From NCBI GenBank assembly GCA_963702025.1, contig OY969699.1:672001-736000 (forward strand): a DNA stretch of 64,000 nucleotides. The letters run 5' to 3'. The notes beneath the pieces are model-generated. The model saw only the letters and a program-made list of their open reading frames with translations, was not told where the DNA came from and did not search any database. The stretch is from an uncultured bacterium. Lineage in GTDB: Bacteria; Babelota; Babeliae; Babelales; Vermiphilaceae. The translations under genes were made by a program, and so were the position numbers. Shown here piece after piece: positions 37,994-47,424 of this stretch (positions are counted from its first letter, which is position 1; the number at the start of each line of letters is the position of its first letter).

Positions 37994-39166
37994 CTATTGG
38001 ATTGCCGCTGCTAATTCAGAAGTAAAATTATTTTTGTTGTACACAATTCCTTTGAATCCAAGTTCTTGAGCCGCAGAAACGTTTGCCCGAGAATCATCAA
38101 TAAAGAGTGATTCTTTTGGGTTCAATGAATGGTGGGCTAATAATTTTTCATAAATTAAAGGATCCGGTTTTACCGAATCAACTTGAAATGAACACATAAT
38201 GCCATCAAACATGGCAAACAATTCCGAATGTGACGCAATATACATATCGTAGGATTCTCGAGAAAGGTTAGATAAAAGATAAACATCAAACCCTTCTGTT
38301 TTTAACATTTTAATGTGTCCAATCATTTTTTCATCGAAAGGCCTTTGCGGTGATAAGTAGCGTTCAAAGAGTTTTTCAATATGTGCTTTTTTAAACGTGG
38401 TGCTTAATTCATTAACAGTTTTTTCTTGTGATGATTTGCCTTTTTGCCAATCAATCCAAGCTTTTGCTTGAGCAATCGTTGCAAAATTTGCCGGTATTGC
38501 CGAATCAACTTTTCTTATTTCTTCAACAAATCCTTTTACATCACCTTCTAATAACACACCACCAAGATCAAAAATAATATTTTTTAAATGGTTATGATTT
38601 TTCAATTGGCCCATTGATACGTTTGTTATATCGAGATTTTTCTGGATCGTTGTAATAATTGTGCGCATCATGGCAGGACTTGCAGACCGATAATTTTTTA
38701 CATTCATGTCATACGGTTTGCCATAGCAAGGATCTTCAAAAATATGTTCCTCTTTAGTGGTGTTATCGATGATAGTCATTGGCTTTGGCATGCGGGGTAT
38801 AAAATGCCAATGAGTATGGGTTCCTTCCTGGCCGGCGAGGTTCATAAGACAGGCAACGTTCACTAAATCAGCTTTAAATGATTTTTTTAACGAATTTTCA
38901 AGAACTTTTTCAAATTGCCCGAATTCTTTCCAATGTTCCTCGTGCCATTCAGACAATGAGGCAATGTGTTGATGAGTTTGAAGAAATATGCGAGGAACGC
39001 GAAGATCTCGTGGATCCAAACTTGCGTAAAATAACTTACTTCTGGCGATAGCAATGTCTTTTGCGGCAAATGGTGTGCAAGGATGGCAAATAGTTGCCGG
39101 TCGATGCATGGGATGTGAACTCTGGAATACCAAAGATCCTAAGAGTAATAATTGGGCTATTTTCAT
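37994..39166 (-). CDS. Exported HIT-domain / HAD-phosphatase fusion
   Basis: P-MHR; HTHWHFIPR histidine triad; IIFDLGGVLL, LLSN, KPD, FIDDS. Confidence 0.85.
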   Translation of the reverse strand: MKIAQLLLLGSLVFQSSHPMHRPATICHPCTPFAAKDIAIARSKLFYASLDPRDLRVPRIFLQTHQHIASLSEWHEEHWKEFGQFEKVLENSLKKSFKADLVNVACLMNLAGQEGTHTHWHFIPRMPKPMTIIDNTTKEEHIFEDPCYGKPYDMNVKNYRSASPAMMRTIITTIQKNLDITNVSMGQLKNHNHLKNIIFDLGGVLLEGDVKGFVEEIRKVDSAIPANFATIAQAKAWIDWQKGKSSQEKTVNELSTTFKKAHIEKLFERYLSPQRPFDEKMIGHIKMLKTEGFDVYLLSNLSRESYDMYIASHSELFAMFDGIMCSFQVDSVKPDPLIYEKLLAHHSLNPKESLFIDDSRANVSAAQELGFKGIVYNKNNFTSELAAAIQ

Positions 39167-39234
39167 AAATTTTCCTTACTAACAGATTTTAATGATTTCA
39201 TTTTTACATACTTCTTACTTATGCATAAGGTTAA

Positions 39235-40029
39235 TTATATACAATCGAGCCGTTTTCTAAATAACCAGAGTCCATGTGCAATAAATAATGCGATGAATAC
39301 AATAAGAGCGAGCACGCAAAGCCAATAATTAAGATAACCGGCCGGCCCCAGAATAGTCACCCGCACTCCTTCATAGGCATAGATCCAGGGGGTAAAGAGC
39401 ATTAGCATACCCATGATTGGTGAAATGCCATAAAGCACTGCCCAAGAAAAACTATAACCGCAAATAAAAAAGAGCGGGCCCGTGATGCGCAATTCTAAAT
39501 TCATAAATTTATCTACCGCACCGGCAAGTGATGCTGCCCAGACGGCAAAAGCGCCAAAGAAAATGCAGGCTATGCAATAGATAATGGTAAACGTAAGAGG
39601 ATTAAAATTGGCAAAACTAAAAGCATCAAGAAGAATAAGTTTACCAACGAGTAACGACATAAGGCTAAAAAGCGCCGCTTTAAAGGCAAAGGCAAGAATG
39701 AGTTTTACATAGATCATCCAATAGGGCAGCGGCAAAGTAAGTTCATAGTTAATGGATCGTGTGGTTTCAAAATCGGCAGCCAAAACATTCGCGGCACCCC
39801 AGGCAGTAAAAGATGCCATAATAATAAGCATGCTGATCGCCACAAAGGCGCCATAATCTGCCGGCATGCCCATTTTTGGCAATACATAGCCGTTTGCCAA
39901 AATAAGTACTACCGGCCAAAAGATAGAATTGAGTGTATTGTTCCACCAATCTTTTAAAATCAGTTGTATATCGCACCATAACAGCCACGCAGCAACGCGT
40001 AATGAGGTAAAAAGTGAGGCGGTATTCAT
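39235..40029 (-). CDS. ABC-2 type exporter permease
   Basis: Six or more TM segments; PWIYAYEGVR; coupled to the upstream ATPase. Confidence 0.88.
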   Translation of the reverse strand: MNTASLFTSLRVAAWLLWCDIQLILKDWWNNTLNSIFWPVVLILANGYVLPKMGMPADYGAFVAISMLIIMASFTAWGAANVLAADFETTRSINYELTLPLPYWMIYVKLILAFAFKAALFSLMSLLVGKLILLDAFSFANFNPLTFTIIYCIACIFFGAFAVWAASLAGAVDKFMNLELRITGPLFFICGYSFSWAVLYGISPIMGMLMLFTPWIYAYEGVRVTILGPAGYLNYWLCVLALIVFIALFIAHGLWLFRKRLDCI

Positions 40030-40808
40030 TATAATTCCTTATTGATAGGAGATTGCATTTCATCAGTCCCTTCATTCATCAGTTGTAAAAAGACTGCTTC
40101 AAGATTTGCTTTGCTATAGGAAGACATCAAGTTTGCCGGCGTATCAATCAACCGGATGCTACCCTTATCAAGCACGCAAACCCGATCGGATAACACTTCC
40201 GCTTCATCAATATAATGGGTGGTAAGCAAGACAGTAACCCCGTCAGCTTTGAGTTGACGAATAAGATCCCATAATTGCCGACGAATATGAGGATCGAGCG
40301 CCACCGTTGGCTCATCGAGAATAAGCAGCAACGGTTTATGCACCAATGATCGCGCAATTAAAAGCCGCTGCTTATAGCCGCCCGAAAGAATTGCGGGTGA
40401 TTTATCGGCATAGTTTTGCAATTCAAAACGGTGCAACAGTTCATCAACGCGTGTATTAATTGTTTTTGCATCCATTAAGAAAAATCTGCCGGCAAATACC
40501 AAATGTTCGCGTACCGTTAATGCGGAAGCAAAGTTTGGCTTTTGGGGACAAAATCCGATGTTTTGCCGAAAGCCTATGAGATCTTGGTAAATTGAGGTGC
40601 CGTTCATTAGAATGTCGCCCGATGTTGGCGGATGCAGGGTTGCCACAATTGAGGAGAGGGTTGTTTTACCCGCGCCATTGGCGCCCAAAAGCCCAAACAC
40701 TTCGCCTCGATAAATATCAAGACTCACCCCTTTGAGGGCCTCGATGGATTTTTCTTTGGAAGTATAGGTTTTTTTAATGTTAAGAATGCGCAATAAAAGA
40801 TCAGCCAT
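40029..40808 (-). CDS. ABC exporter ATP-binding protein
   Basis: Start at MADLL; GANGAGKT, LSGGYKQR, LDEPT. Confidence 0.92.
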   Translation of the reverse strand: MADLLLRILNIKKTYTSKEKSIEALKGVSLDIYRGEVFGLLGANGAGKTTLSSIVATLHPPTSGDILMNGTSIYQDLIGFRQNIGFCPQKPNFASALTVREHLVFAGRFFLMDAKTINTRVDELLHRFELQNYADKSPAILSGGYKQRLLIARSLVHKPLLLILDEPTVALDPHIRRQLWDLIRQLKADGVTVLLTTHYIDEAEVLSDRVCVLDKGSIRLIDTPANLMSSYSKANLEAVFLQLMNEGTDEMQSPINKEL

Positions 40809-40850
40809 ACATGACTCCGGAAAAACAAACAATGAAAAAATAAAATAATA

Positions 40851-40937
40851 ATTTGGCTCAAGGAGCCGAAATAGAGGTTGGGAAATGAAGAGCGAGCTTA
40901 CGCTCGAGCGGTGGTGGTTTTCATAATACAATTCCTC
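40851..40937 (-). promoter_or_regulatory. Possible leader-peptide attenuator upstream of the ABC exporter
   Basis: GAGGA RBS, uORF 40924-40898 MKTTTARA*, hairpin CGAGC-GTAA-GCTCG over the stop, then a stem-loop (40851-40872) followed by a U-rich tract. Confidence 0.45.
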
Positions 40938-41056
40938 GAATTGAGGTGTAGTCAATAAACCTTAATTATAGGTAGAAATTGTAAAAAAGCAACTGGAAAG
41001 AATCAAATTGGGGAGTTAGCTTTTTTAAGGTGTTTTTGGGGGTTTTTATCTATCTC

Positions 41057-42013
41057 TAGCGAGCTTCACTAGGCCTCACACATTTCTCCCAATGTTTTGA
41101 CTGCGGCCTCATAAAAATCTTTTATTCCCTCTGCGGCCTTTCGAATCGCATTTTTGACAGTAGCCCATCGATGTTCTATTGGGTTAAAATCTGGAGAATA
41201 TGGTGGTAAAAAAATGATTCTACAACCAACTGCTTCAATGAGTTCAACTACTTTTTTAGATTTGTGGAAGCTGGCATTATCGATTACAACAACCATTCCA
41301 GGCTTTAATGCAGGAGCTAAAACTTGTTCCACGTAAGTTTCATAAGTATCAGCAGTTGAATATCCTTCAAATAAAAATGGCGCAAATAATAAATTTAAAT
41401 TCAGCGCAGCGGTGATATTATAGCGCGTTATTCTCTCAGCTTTTTTTATTGCGTGGCATCGCTCGCCCTCTGGCGCCCAGCCAGCATTTGGCACTTCATT
41501 ATCGTCGATTCCCGTTTCATCAGAATAGACAATGAGCGCAGGATCGATATTTTCTATTTCTTCTAAAAATTGTTTGCGTTTATCTGCATTCGCTTCGATG
41601 TAACCAAAAGTTTTTTTTTGATGTGTAACCAATTTTTTTAAGTGCTCGTTGTATCGTGATATCCGATATGCAAACATTTGTAATTTTTTCCCACTCAATC
41701 GCCATTTTTAATGAAGTAAAATGTTGGTTTTCTTTTGCAAATTCTTTAAATTTTTCCCAATCAGTAATTTTATGACTGTGTCCATTCTGATAGCCGGATT
41801 TTGGCGCAAGGCTATTCACTTCTTGGCGCAACTTAAGCCAGTTATAAATTGCGTTTCGCCCAACTTTGAATAATTTAGCCACATCAGTTATACGCATTCC
41901 ATCATCTACTGCAGCTATTACTCGTTTTCTTAAATCTATGCCAAGTGCCATACTTTCTCCTTAAGTTTGAAGAAATCTTAGCATATCTGTTTGTTATTTA
42001 AAGAAGTTTGCTA
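41057..42013 (-). mobile_element. IS630-family insertion sequence
   Basis: Imperfect terminal IRs TAGCGAGCTTC and GAAGTTTGCTA with TA at the ends; two overlapping transposase ORFs. Confidence 0.85.
41069..41951 (-). CDS. IS630 transposase, ORFA (41580-41951, HTH) + ORFB (DDE), joined by frameshift at an A9 run
   Basis: DLRKRVI HTH; YSDETG, IDNASFHK, LPPYSPDFNPIEH; A9 at 41611-41619. Confidence 0.9.
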
Positions 42014-42107
42014 TATATCCAATTGACTTTCAGTAAATAATTGCTATTATTAAATTAATATTTAAGATAAAACACAAAAAACCTAAAATTGGACAAAAAG
42101 ACTTTTT

Positions 42108-43211
42108 ATGAAGAAATTAGCACTATTACCACTCATTTTTGCCTTTAATGGCATAAAAGCCATGGATTTAACCAACCCCAAACTCTTATCAAGGCCACCT
42201 CAATCGCAGCAGCTTGATAGGGCCCTCAATATCGATCTTGAAGCTAATTTAGCCGGTAAAAGTAACCTTAAGTCAACGTTTTACAGTAGTTATGGCCATC
42301 AAATCAACATTAATCCCATTCACCCTCTGAGCCTTAAGGCATGCTGCCTTTTAGCTCTTGATAAAAATGACATTTTTATTGAGTATGGCAGATGGTCGAA
42401 ATTACCGGAAGAACTAAGGGATCTTATTGATTTTACGGAAGAAACAAAGCTTCGTGCAAAAAGAGATTTGTTGCCCTTGCGAGCCGTTATTGCAAAAGAT
42501 GCTGCCCGCGTTGAGCTGTTCTTGGGAATGTTGTCACACGAGGGATGCTGCCAGATGGTGAATGAACTTGCCTATACCGCTGCAAGTAATGGCAACGATG
42601 AGGCTCTTGCCTATTTGCTTACCAAAATTACCGACGTTAATACTATTAAATATTACCGTAACGATATTACGCCACTCTGGGAAGCAGCAGATAAAGGGCA
42701 TCTTGCCTGTGTAAAATTATTGGTTGTGCATGGCGCCACTATCAATGCAGAATGTAAAAATAGTCTTCCATGGCCGGCAACATATGAAACTGCTTTAATG
42801 GCTGCCGCGCGCAATGGACACGCGGAAATTGTTGCATTTCTTAAGAAACACGGTGGCATGGATCTTGCAATGATTCAGGCGCAAAAAGAGGCGGCCGCTC
42901 AGCAAGAAGCTGCCCGAAAAAAGGCACTTGAACCACGATTTCTTGCCGAAGCGGCTATTGGCAATGTTGAAGCGGTAAGAAGATTATTGGATGAAGGTGT
43001 TAATTATAATTGTACCGATTCGCAAGGTCGTACTGCTTTACAGTTGGCGCGACAAAATAATTATCAGGATGTGGTAACTATGTTACGGCTCTTTATAATG
43101 CGAAGGCTTCAAAATAGAGTACTCGAGCATAATTATGATGCAGAATGGGCAGGCGTTGGCAACGGGCCCGCAGGCGTCACAGTTATCGGCATGTTGCTTG
43201 ACGTTGATTAA
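42108..43211 (+). CDS. Exported SOCS/BC-box + ankyrin protein
   Basis: A-MDL; PLSLKACCLLAL...LPEELRDLI; TPLWEAA, TALMAAA, GRTALQLA. Confidence 0.82.
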   Translation: MKKLALLPLIFAFNGIKAMDLTNPKLLSRPPQSQQLDRALNIDLEANLAGKSNLKSTFYSSYGHQININPIHPLSLKACCLLALDKNDIFIEYGRWSKLPEELRDLIDFTEETKLRAKRDLLPLRAVIAKDAARVELFLGMLSHEGCCQMVNELAYTAASNGNDEALAYLLTKITDVNTIKYYRNDITPLWEAADKGHLACVKLLVVHGATINAECKNSLPWPATYETALMAAARNGHAEIVAFLKKHGGMDLAMIQAQKEAAAQQEAARKKALEPRFLAEAAIGNVEAVRRLLDEGVNYNCTDSQGRTALQLARQNNYQDVVTMLRLFIMRRLQNRVLEHNYDAEWAGVGNGPAGVTVIGMLLDVD

Positions 43212-43231
43212 ACTAAAGGGGAATATGATGA

Positions 43232-43264
43232 ATCGGAGCCTCATCTTGCCGATGAAGCCCCGAT
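43232..43264. terminator. Stem-loop between convergent genes
   Basis: ATCGGAGCCTCATC ... GATGAAGCCCCGAT imperfect inverted repeat. Confidence 0.5.
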
Positions 43265-43295
43265 AATTTTACTTAAAAAAAATAATTTAGTTTTA

Positions 43296-44111
43296 TTACA
43301 TTGTTTTGCAGGAATTTTTTCCGGCTGCATGATCAGCTTCTTTTTTTTCAATTGCTTCTTCAGATAACTCTGCATAAAGCGCTTTTTGCAATGGTGGTAG
43401 TTGATCACAGCTGATCATTTGTGCTGATGCACTATTTATAGCTTTTTCGTCTTCATTTTTTAACGCTCGAATAAGAGAGTAGCGTGAACTAAGATAAGTG
43501 GGCATTATTTTTTTAAGTTCGCGCCGCTTATCTATGTAATCCAAAGATTCATCAGACTGATCATGCTCCAGTTGTTGCTTTATATCTTTGTCGCTCTCCA
43601 CAGCTATTGTTTCAAGCATTTTTTTTAGATTTTCTTCATCGGGAATAGTAAACAATTGTTCGAAAAGTCCGACTCTATGTATTTGTAAAATTAATTTTTC
43701 GTCAGAGGACATGTTTTCGACAACTTGTTTTATTGCTGTTTTTGTGTCGCTGCCATGGAGCCGTTTTGCGCGTAGTATTTTGCCGACAAGATCACCACTT
43801 TCAAACGAATCAACTTTTTCTTTGCTTGTTTTTTCAATGAGTTCTAGCGCTTGTTTACAACTTTGAATAAATAATGCATTTGGTTTGGATAGGTGGGGAA
43901 AAGAGATGGTTTGTGCATTTACTGCTTTTATGCGCCCTTCACCTAAAATGAATGATTCAAGGAGCGAGAGAAGGGATTGGTTTTGATCAATGTATTGATA
44001 AGTTGTTATTTGTTTATTATTGTTGTTTTCGGGATTCTGAGTGGTTCCTTCCATAGCCATGAGAGGAACGGAGAATGATAACAACACTGCGAGTAAAGCA
44101 TGATTATTCAT
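43296..44111 (-). CDS. Hypothetical exported helical protein ending CKTM
   Basis: A-MEG; terminal SCKTM* (CaaX-like). Confidence 0.65.
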   Translation of the reverse strand: MNNHALLAVLLSFSVPLMAMEGTTQNPENNNNKQITTYQYIDQNQSLLSLLESFILGEGRIKAVNAQTISFPHLSKPNALFIQSCKQALELIEKTSKEKVDSFESGDLVGKILRAKRLHGSDTKTAIKQVVENMSSDEKLILQIHRVGLFEQLFTIPDEENLKKMLETIAVESDKDIKQQLEHDQSDESLDYIDKRRELKKIMPTYLSSRYSLIRALKNEDEKAINSASAQMISCDQLPPLQKALYAELSEEAIEKKEADHAAGKNSCKTM

Positions 44112-44239
44112 ATGAACCTTTATAGTTAAGAATAGGTTAGATTTATTTAATTTCTTGAAAAGGATAATGACTTTTTCTTCTTATTGCTAGAAGGATGAGA
44201 AATATTCTGTGTGGCAGATGCAATAGGAATTTTATTTTA

Positions 44240-44376
44240 TTTGGCTGGAGTTTATCCTGAGCTTGTCGAAGAGCGGCCAGCGGCAAGAAATATATTTATT
44301 GATCGCCCTCCCAGCCGTCGCTCTCCGAGCTATGGCGGGCACGGCCGGCGGTGGCCAAAGTAAAAATATAATTTCT
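44240..44376. repeat. Modular palindromic repeat with a nested 34-nt hairpin (44310-44343)
   Basis: 44240-44289 is 47/50 identical to the reverse complement of 17131-17180; 44280-44360 matches 12208-12251 plus an insertion. Confidence 0.85.
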
Positions 44377-44403
44377 ACAAATGTGTTGCATGAAAATTAG
44401 TAT

Positions 44404-45918
44404 TTAAGAAAACAATTTCTGCAAAAAAGACATTTTACACACTGCATATCGTTGTCGCGCAATTTCTTGCAAACGGCGACTTTCTGAATTACCCATAGTA
44501 TTTATGAGTTCACTATCAACCTTCATACCATTCTTTTTTTGGCGTTCTGCGATAAAAAGTGCCAGAAGTTGGTCAAGCGATGCATGATTAGTGATTGCGC
44601 GATGCGTATAATAGAGGTAGGGATAATAACGCGTATCAAGCAGATAAAATCCTTTTATAATGATAGCAGATCCATCGGGAATTATTGTGTGATAAACCCA
44701 TGCCGGTTCTGCCGGATATGTTTTAAGACACGTTTGTTTAAGACAATGCACTAAGCAGTTTTCTGAATTATGTGGGCCTGCATAGAGTAGCGAATCGGCA
44801 CTCAGTTGTGTTTCATGATTGAATTTACCAATATTGTAGGCTATTAAGGACCAAGTGCGCGAGTTAATACGATTACGCAGAAGATTAATTACTCTATTTT
44901 TTTTAGAAATTCCTACCAAGAGAGTATTTTCATCGGCGAAAGAAAATTGTTCCACTTTATCATGATAATGCAAGGAATGGAAAAGTTGACGTGTTGTAAA
45001 ATTCCACAATGCTATAGTTTTATCTTGAACCGTGGCGATTTGCTGCCCGGATGGGCTGAATTGAGCAAGTGTTTTTTCTGTTCCGCCGGTATTTGAGGTA
45101 ACATGGGGCAAGGTGAAGAGTGGTGTGCCCTCAATGGTGTTGATTGTGATGGTATTCTCAGCGGGCTGATGGGAAATATAATAGTTTTGTGTTGGATCCA
45201 ATATCGGCTTTACAAATGGCGAGTTAATCAGCCGCTTTTTATTATTGGTTACTACATAGTTTTCGATTTTCTGGGGAATTTTATTGCAGCCGGCGATCTC
45301 TTTTTTTGCAATATCATACGTAAATAAATTAGATTTGGTGAGTATATCATGAAAAAAGATGTGGCTGCTGTCATCAGAGAAGGTAAAATAGGTGCAGATA
45401 TGTCCGATTTCAGTATCGCCGCAACTTATTTGTGGATGTACTATGCGGTTTTCTTTGCCGCTTGGCAGATGGATAAGCGCTAAAGTATCAACCGGCCATT
45501 GGGGTTCATTATTGGGGAGTCTTTTTTGTGTGATATAACAAAGATATTCGGAATTAGGGCTAATTTTAAAATTGCTGTCGCAGTATATCTCTTTGTCGGA
45601 TAGTCGTAGTGGCTTTGCATTATTGATCTGTTCAAATATTTCCGCTTTTTCTTTGACGATTGTTGTTTTGACATGTTCTTGTAATTCTTGGGGTAACAAT
45701 CGTGCTTTTTTGCGCAATAGGTGCAATTGATCAAGAGAATGTTTGGTGTTATTAGGATCGAAAGTGTCAGCGAATGTGCAGGCGGCTAATTCTTTTAAGC
45801 TGGGCAGTTCTTTAAATGCTTTTTTGTGTGTATCAGTTTTGATGGTTAGCTTTTCCATGCCTAAACTGGTAAAAAAAATACAGAGGGATAAGATAAAATG
45901 TTTTTTGCAAAGCTTCAT
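44404..45918 (-). CDS. Exported BC/SOCS-box + WD40-like protein
   Basis: G-MEK; LPSLKELAA...LLPQELQEHV; FSPSGQQIAT, IALWNF. Confidence 0.75.
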   Translation of the reverse strand: MKLCKKHFILSLCIFFTSLGMEKLTIKTDTHKKAFKELPSLKELAACTFADTFDPNNTKHSLDQLHLLRKKARLLPQELQEHVKTTIVKEKAEIFEQINNAKPLRLSDKEIYCDSNFKISPNSEYLCYITQKRLPNNEPQWPVDTLALIHLPSGKENRIVHPQISCGDTEIGHICTYFTFSDDSSHIFFHDILTKSNLFTYDIAKKEIAGCNKIPQKIENYVVTNNKKRLINSPFVKPILDPTQNYYISHQPAENTITINTIEGTPLFTLPHVTSNTGGTEKTLAQFSPSGQQIATVQDKTIALWNFTTRQLFHSLHYHDKVEQFSFADENTLLVGISKKNRVINLLRNRINSRTWSLIAYNIGKFNHETQLSADSLLYAGPHNSENCLVHCLKQTCLKTYPAEPAWVYHTIIPDGSAIIIKGFYLLDTRYYPYLYYTHRAITNHASLDQLLALFIAERQKKNGMKVDSELINTMGNSESRRLQEIARQRYAVCKMSFLQKLFS

Positions 45919-45947
45919 TCATCCCTTTCTTCAAGATGTCGAGCGCT

Positions 45948-46664
45948 TCATTTTTCTAAGCAGATTTCAACCGGCACCCTCTCAATTTGTTTTCCATCTG
46001 GTAAAAAATGATGGTTTAAATACTCAGATGACGGGTTGGGTTTGCCCGGATAAAATTCAAAACGGTATCCTTCTTTTGATGCTACAAATACATAGATACT
46101 CTGTTCTAATAAATCTTGGATAGTTTTTGCTATAAATTGTTCTTTATCCGGCATTTCTTGCGCACGTTCGGGCGAATAATTACCGAGAGCATCCTGATAC
46201 AACAGTTTTTGAAATTGTTCGTCAGTTTTATAAATGTTCATAATGGTGTTTCGATAGGTCTGATAATCGGGATTCTGGCTAATAAATTCCTCCCATGAAA
46301 CAACCTCACATCCCTGGAAATCTGATGCAAATCTTTTTTTTAATAGTTGCGCATCCTGAGTGCATTGCGCGTATGCTTTTTGCGCGTCGCCATCATAATT
46401 GAGGCTGAGCGCATTGATGTGCGTTTTCTCGGTAAATAAAATGGTAACCTTTCCCGCAACGTTTTCTTTAATGTTCCTGACTAAAGTATTAACTTTAAGG
46501 GCGCCGAGCGATCCTTCATGAAACAGTGAATGGATGCTAAAAAGAATGATGACCGGCTCTTGCGCATTCAACCAATCTGCTGAATGCGTCTTCATTCTTA
46601 TTTTACTTTTACCATACAAATTTGGGTTGATTTTAATGCGCTTAACCCAAGCATACAAACTCAT
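45948..46664 (-). CDS. Cyclodipeptide-synthase-like protein (XYP-type), divergent
   Basis: LFSIHSLFHEG, VSWEEF, YKTDEQFQ, DLLEQ, FYPG. Confidence 0.6.
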   Translation of the reverse strand: MSLYAWVKRIKINPNLYGKSKIRMKTHSADWLNAQEPVIILFSIHSLFHEGSLGALKVNTLVRNIKENVAGKVTILFTEKTHINALSLNYDGDAQKAYAQCTQDAQLLKKRFASDFQGCEVVSWEEFISQNPDYQTYRNTIMNIYKTDEQFQKLLYQDALGNYSPERAQEMPDKEQFIAKTIQDLLEQSIYVFVASKEGYRFEFYPGKPNPSSEYLNHHFLPDGKQIERVPVEICLEK

Positions 46665-46680
46665 AATACACCTCCATTTA

Positions 46681-47394
46681 TTATTCTAAGCGAAACCCTA
46701 CGGGTATCTGCTTTATCTGTTTTTCAGCGGGTAGAAATTTGTGATTAATGTATTCGGATGACGCATTTGGTTTGCCCGGATAAAACTCAAAACGGTACCC
46801 TTTTTTGGATGCCACAAATAGATAAATAATTAGTTCTAGTAAATCTTTAATGGTTTTGGTGATAAATATATCTTTGTTAGGTACTGCTTGCGCTCGTTCC
46901 GGGGTATAGCTCTTAAGTGCATCTTGATACAGCAGTTCTTGGAAATGAGTATCAGTTTTATAGATATCCATAACCATATCATGATAGCTCTGATAATCTG
47001 GATCTTGGCTAATAAATTCTTCCCAAGAAACAACCGCACAACCTTGAAAATCGGTTGCAAATCTACTTTTTAATAGTTGAGCATCCTTGATGCACTGGGT
47101 GTACGCTTTGTCTCTATCGCCACCATAATTGAGGCTGAGTGCATTTATGTGTGCTTTCTCGGTAAACAAAATAGTAACGTTCCCATTTACATTTGCTTTA
47201 ATATTAGAAACGAGCGTACTTACTTGAAGAGATCCAATCAATCCTTCATGAAAAAGCGAATGGATACTAAAAAGAATAATAACCGGCTCATGAGTGCCTA
47301 TCCAGTCGGCTGACCGGGTTTTGATTACTATCTTATTGTTGTTATATAAATCGGGATTAATTTTAGTGCGTTTTACCCATGCAGATGAACTCAT
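46681..47394 (-). CDS. Cyclodipeptide-synthase-like protein (XYP-type), tandem paralog
   Basis: Same motifs (DLLEL, FYPG); clearly high identity to 45948..46664. Confidence 0.6.
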   Translation of the reverse strand: MSSSAWVKRTKINPDLYNNNKIVIKTRSADWIGTHEPVIILFSIHSLFHEGLIGSLQVSTLVSNIKANVNGNVTILFTEKAHINALSLNYGGDRDKAYTQCIKDAQLLKSRFATDFQGCAVVSWEEFISQDPDYQSYHDMVMDIYKTDTHFQELLYQDALKSYTPERAQAVPNKDIFITKTIKDLLELIIYLFVASKKGYRFEFYPGKPNASSEYINHKFLPAEKQIKQIPVGFRLE

Positions 47395-47424
47395 AAAACC
47401 TCCATTATCAACATATTTAATCTC

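Noticed and set aside
22222..40955. Integron cassette array (long co-oriented run of GNAT, toxin-antitoxin and hypothetical genes)
   Set aside because: Genes abut or overlap with no recurring attC-like sites and no integrase in the window
40809..40955. N-terminal extension of the ABC ATPase (308-aa ORF) or a tRNA
   Set aside because: Extension is non-homologous and GGAG precedes the ATG at 40808; no cloverleaf or T-loop consensus
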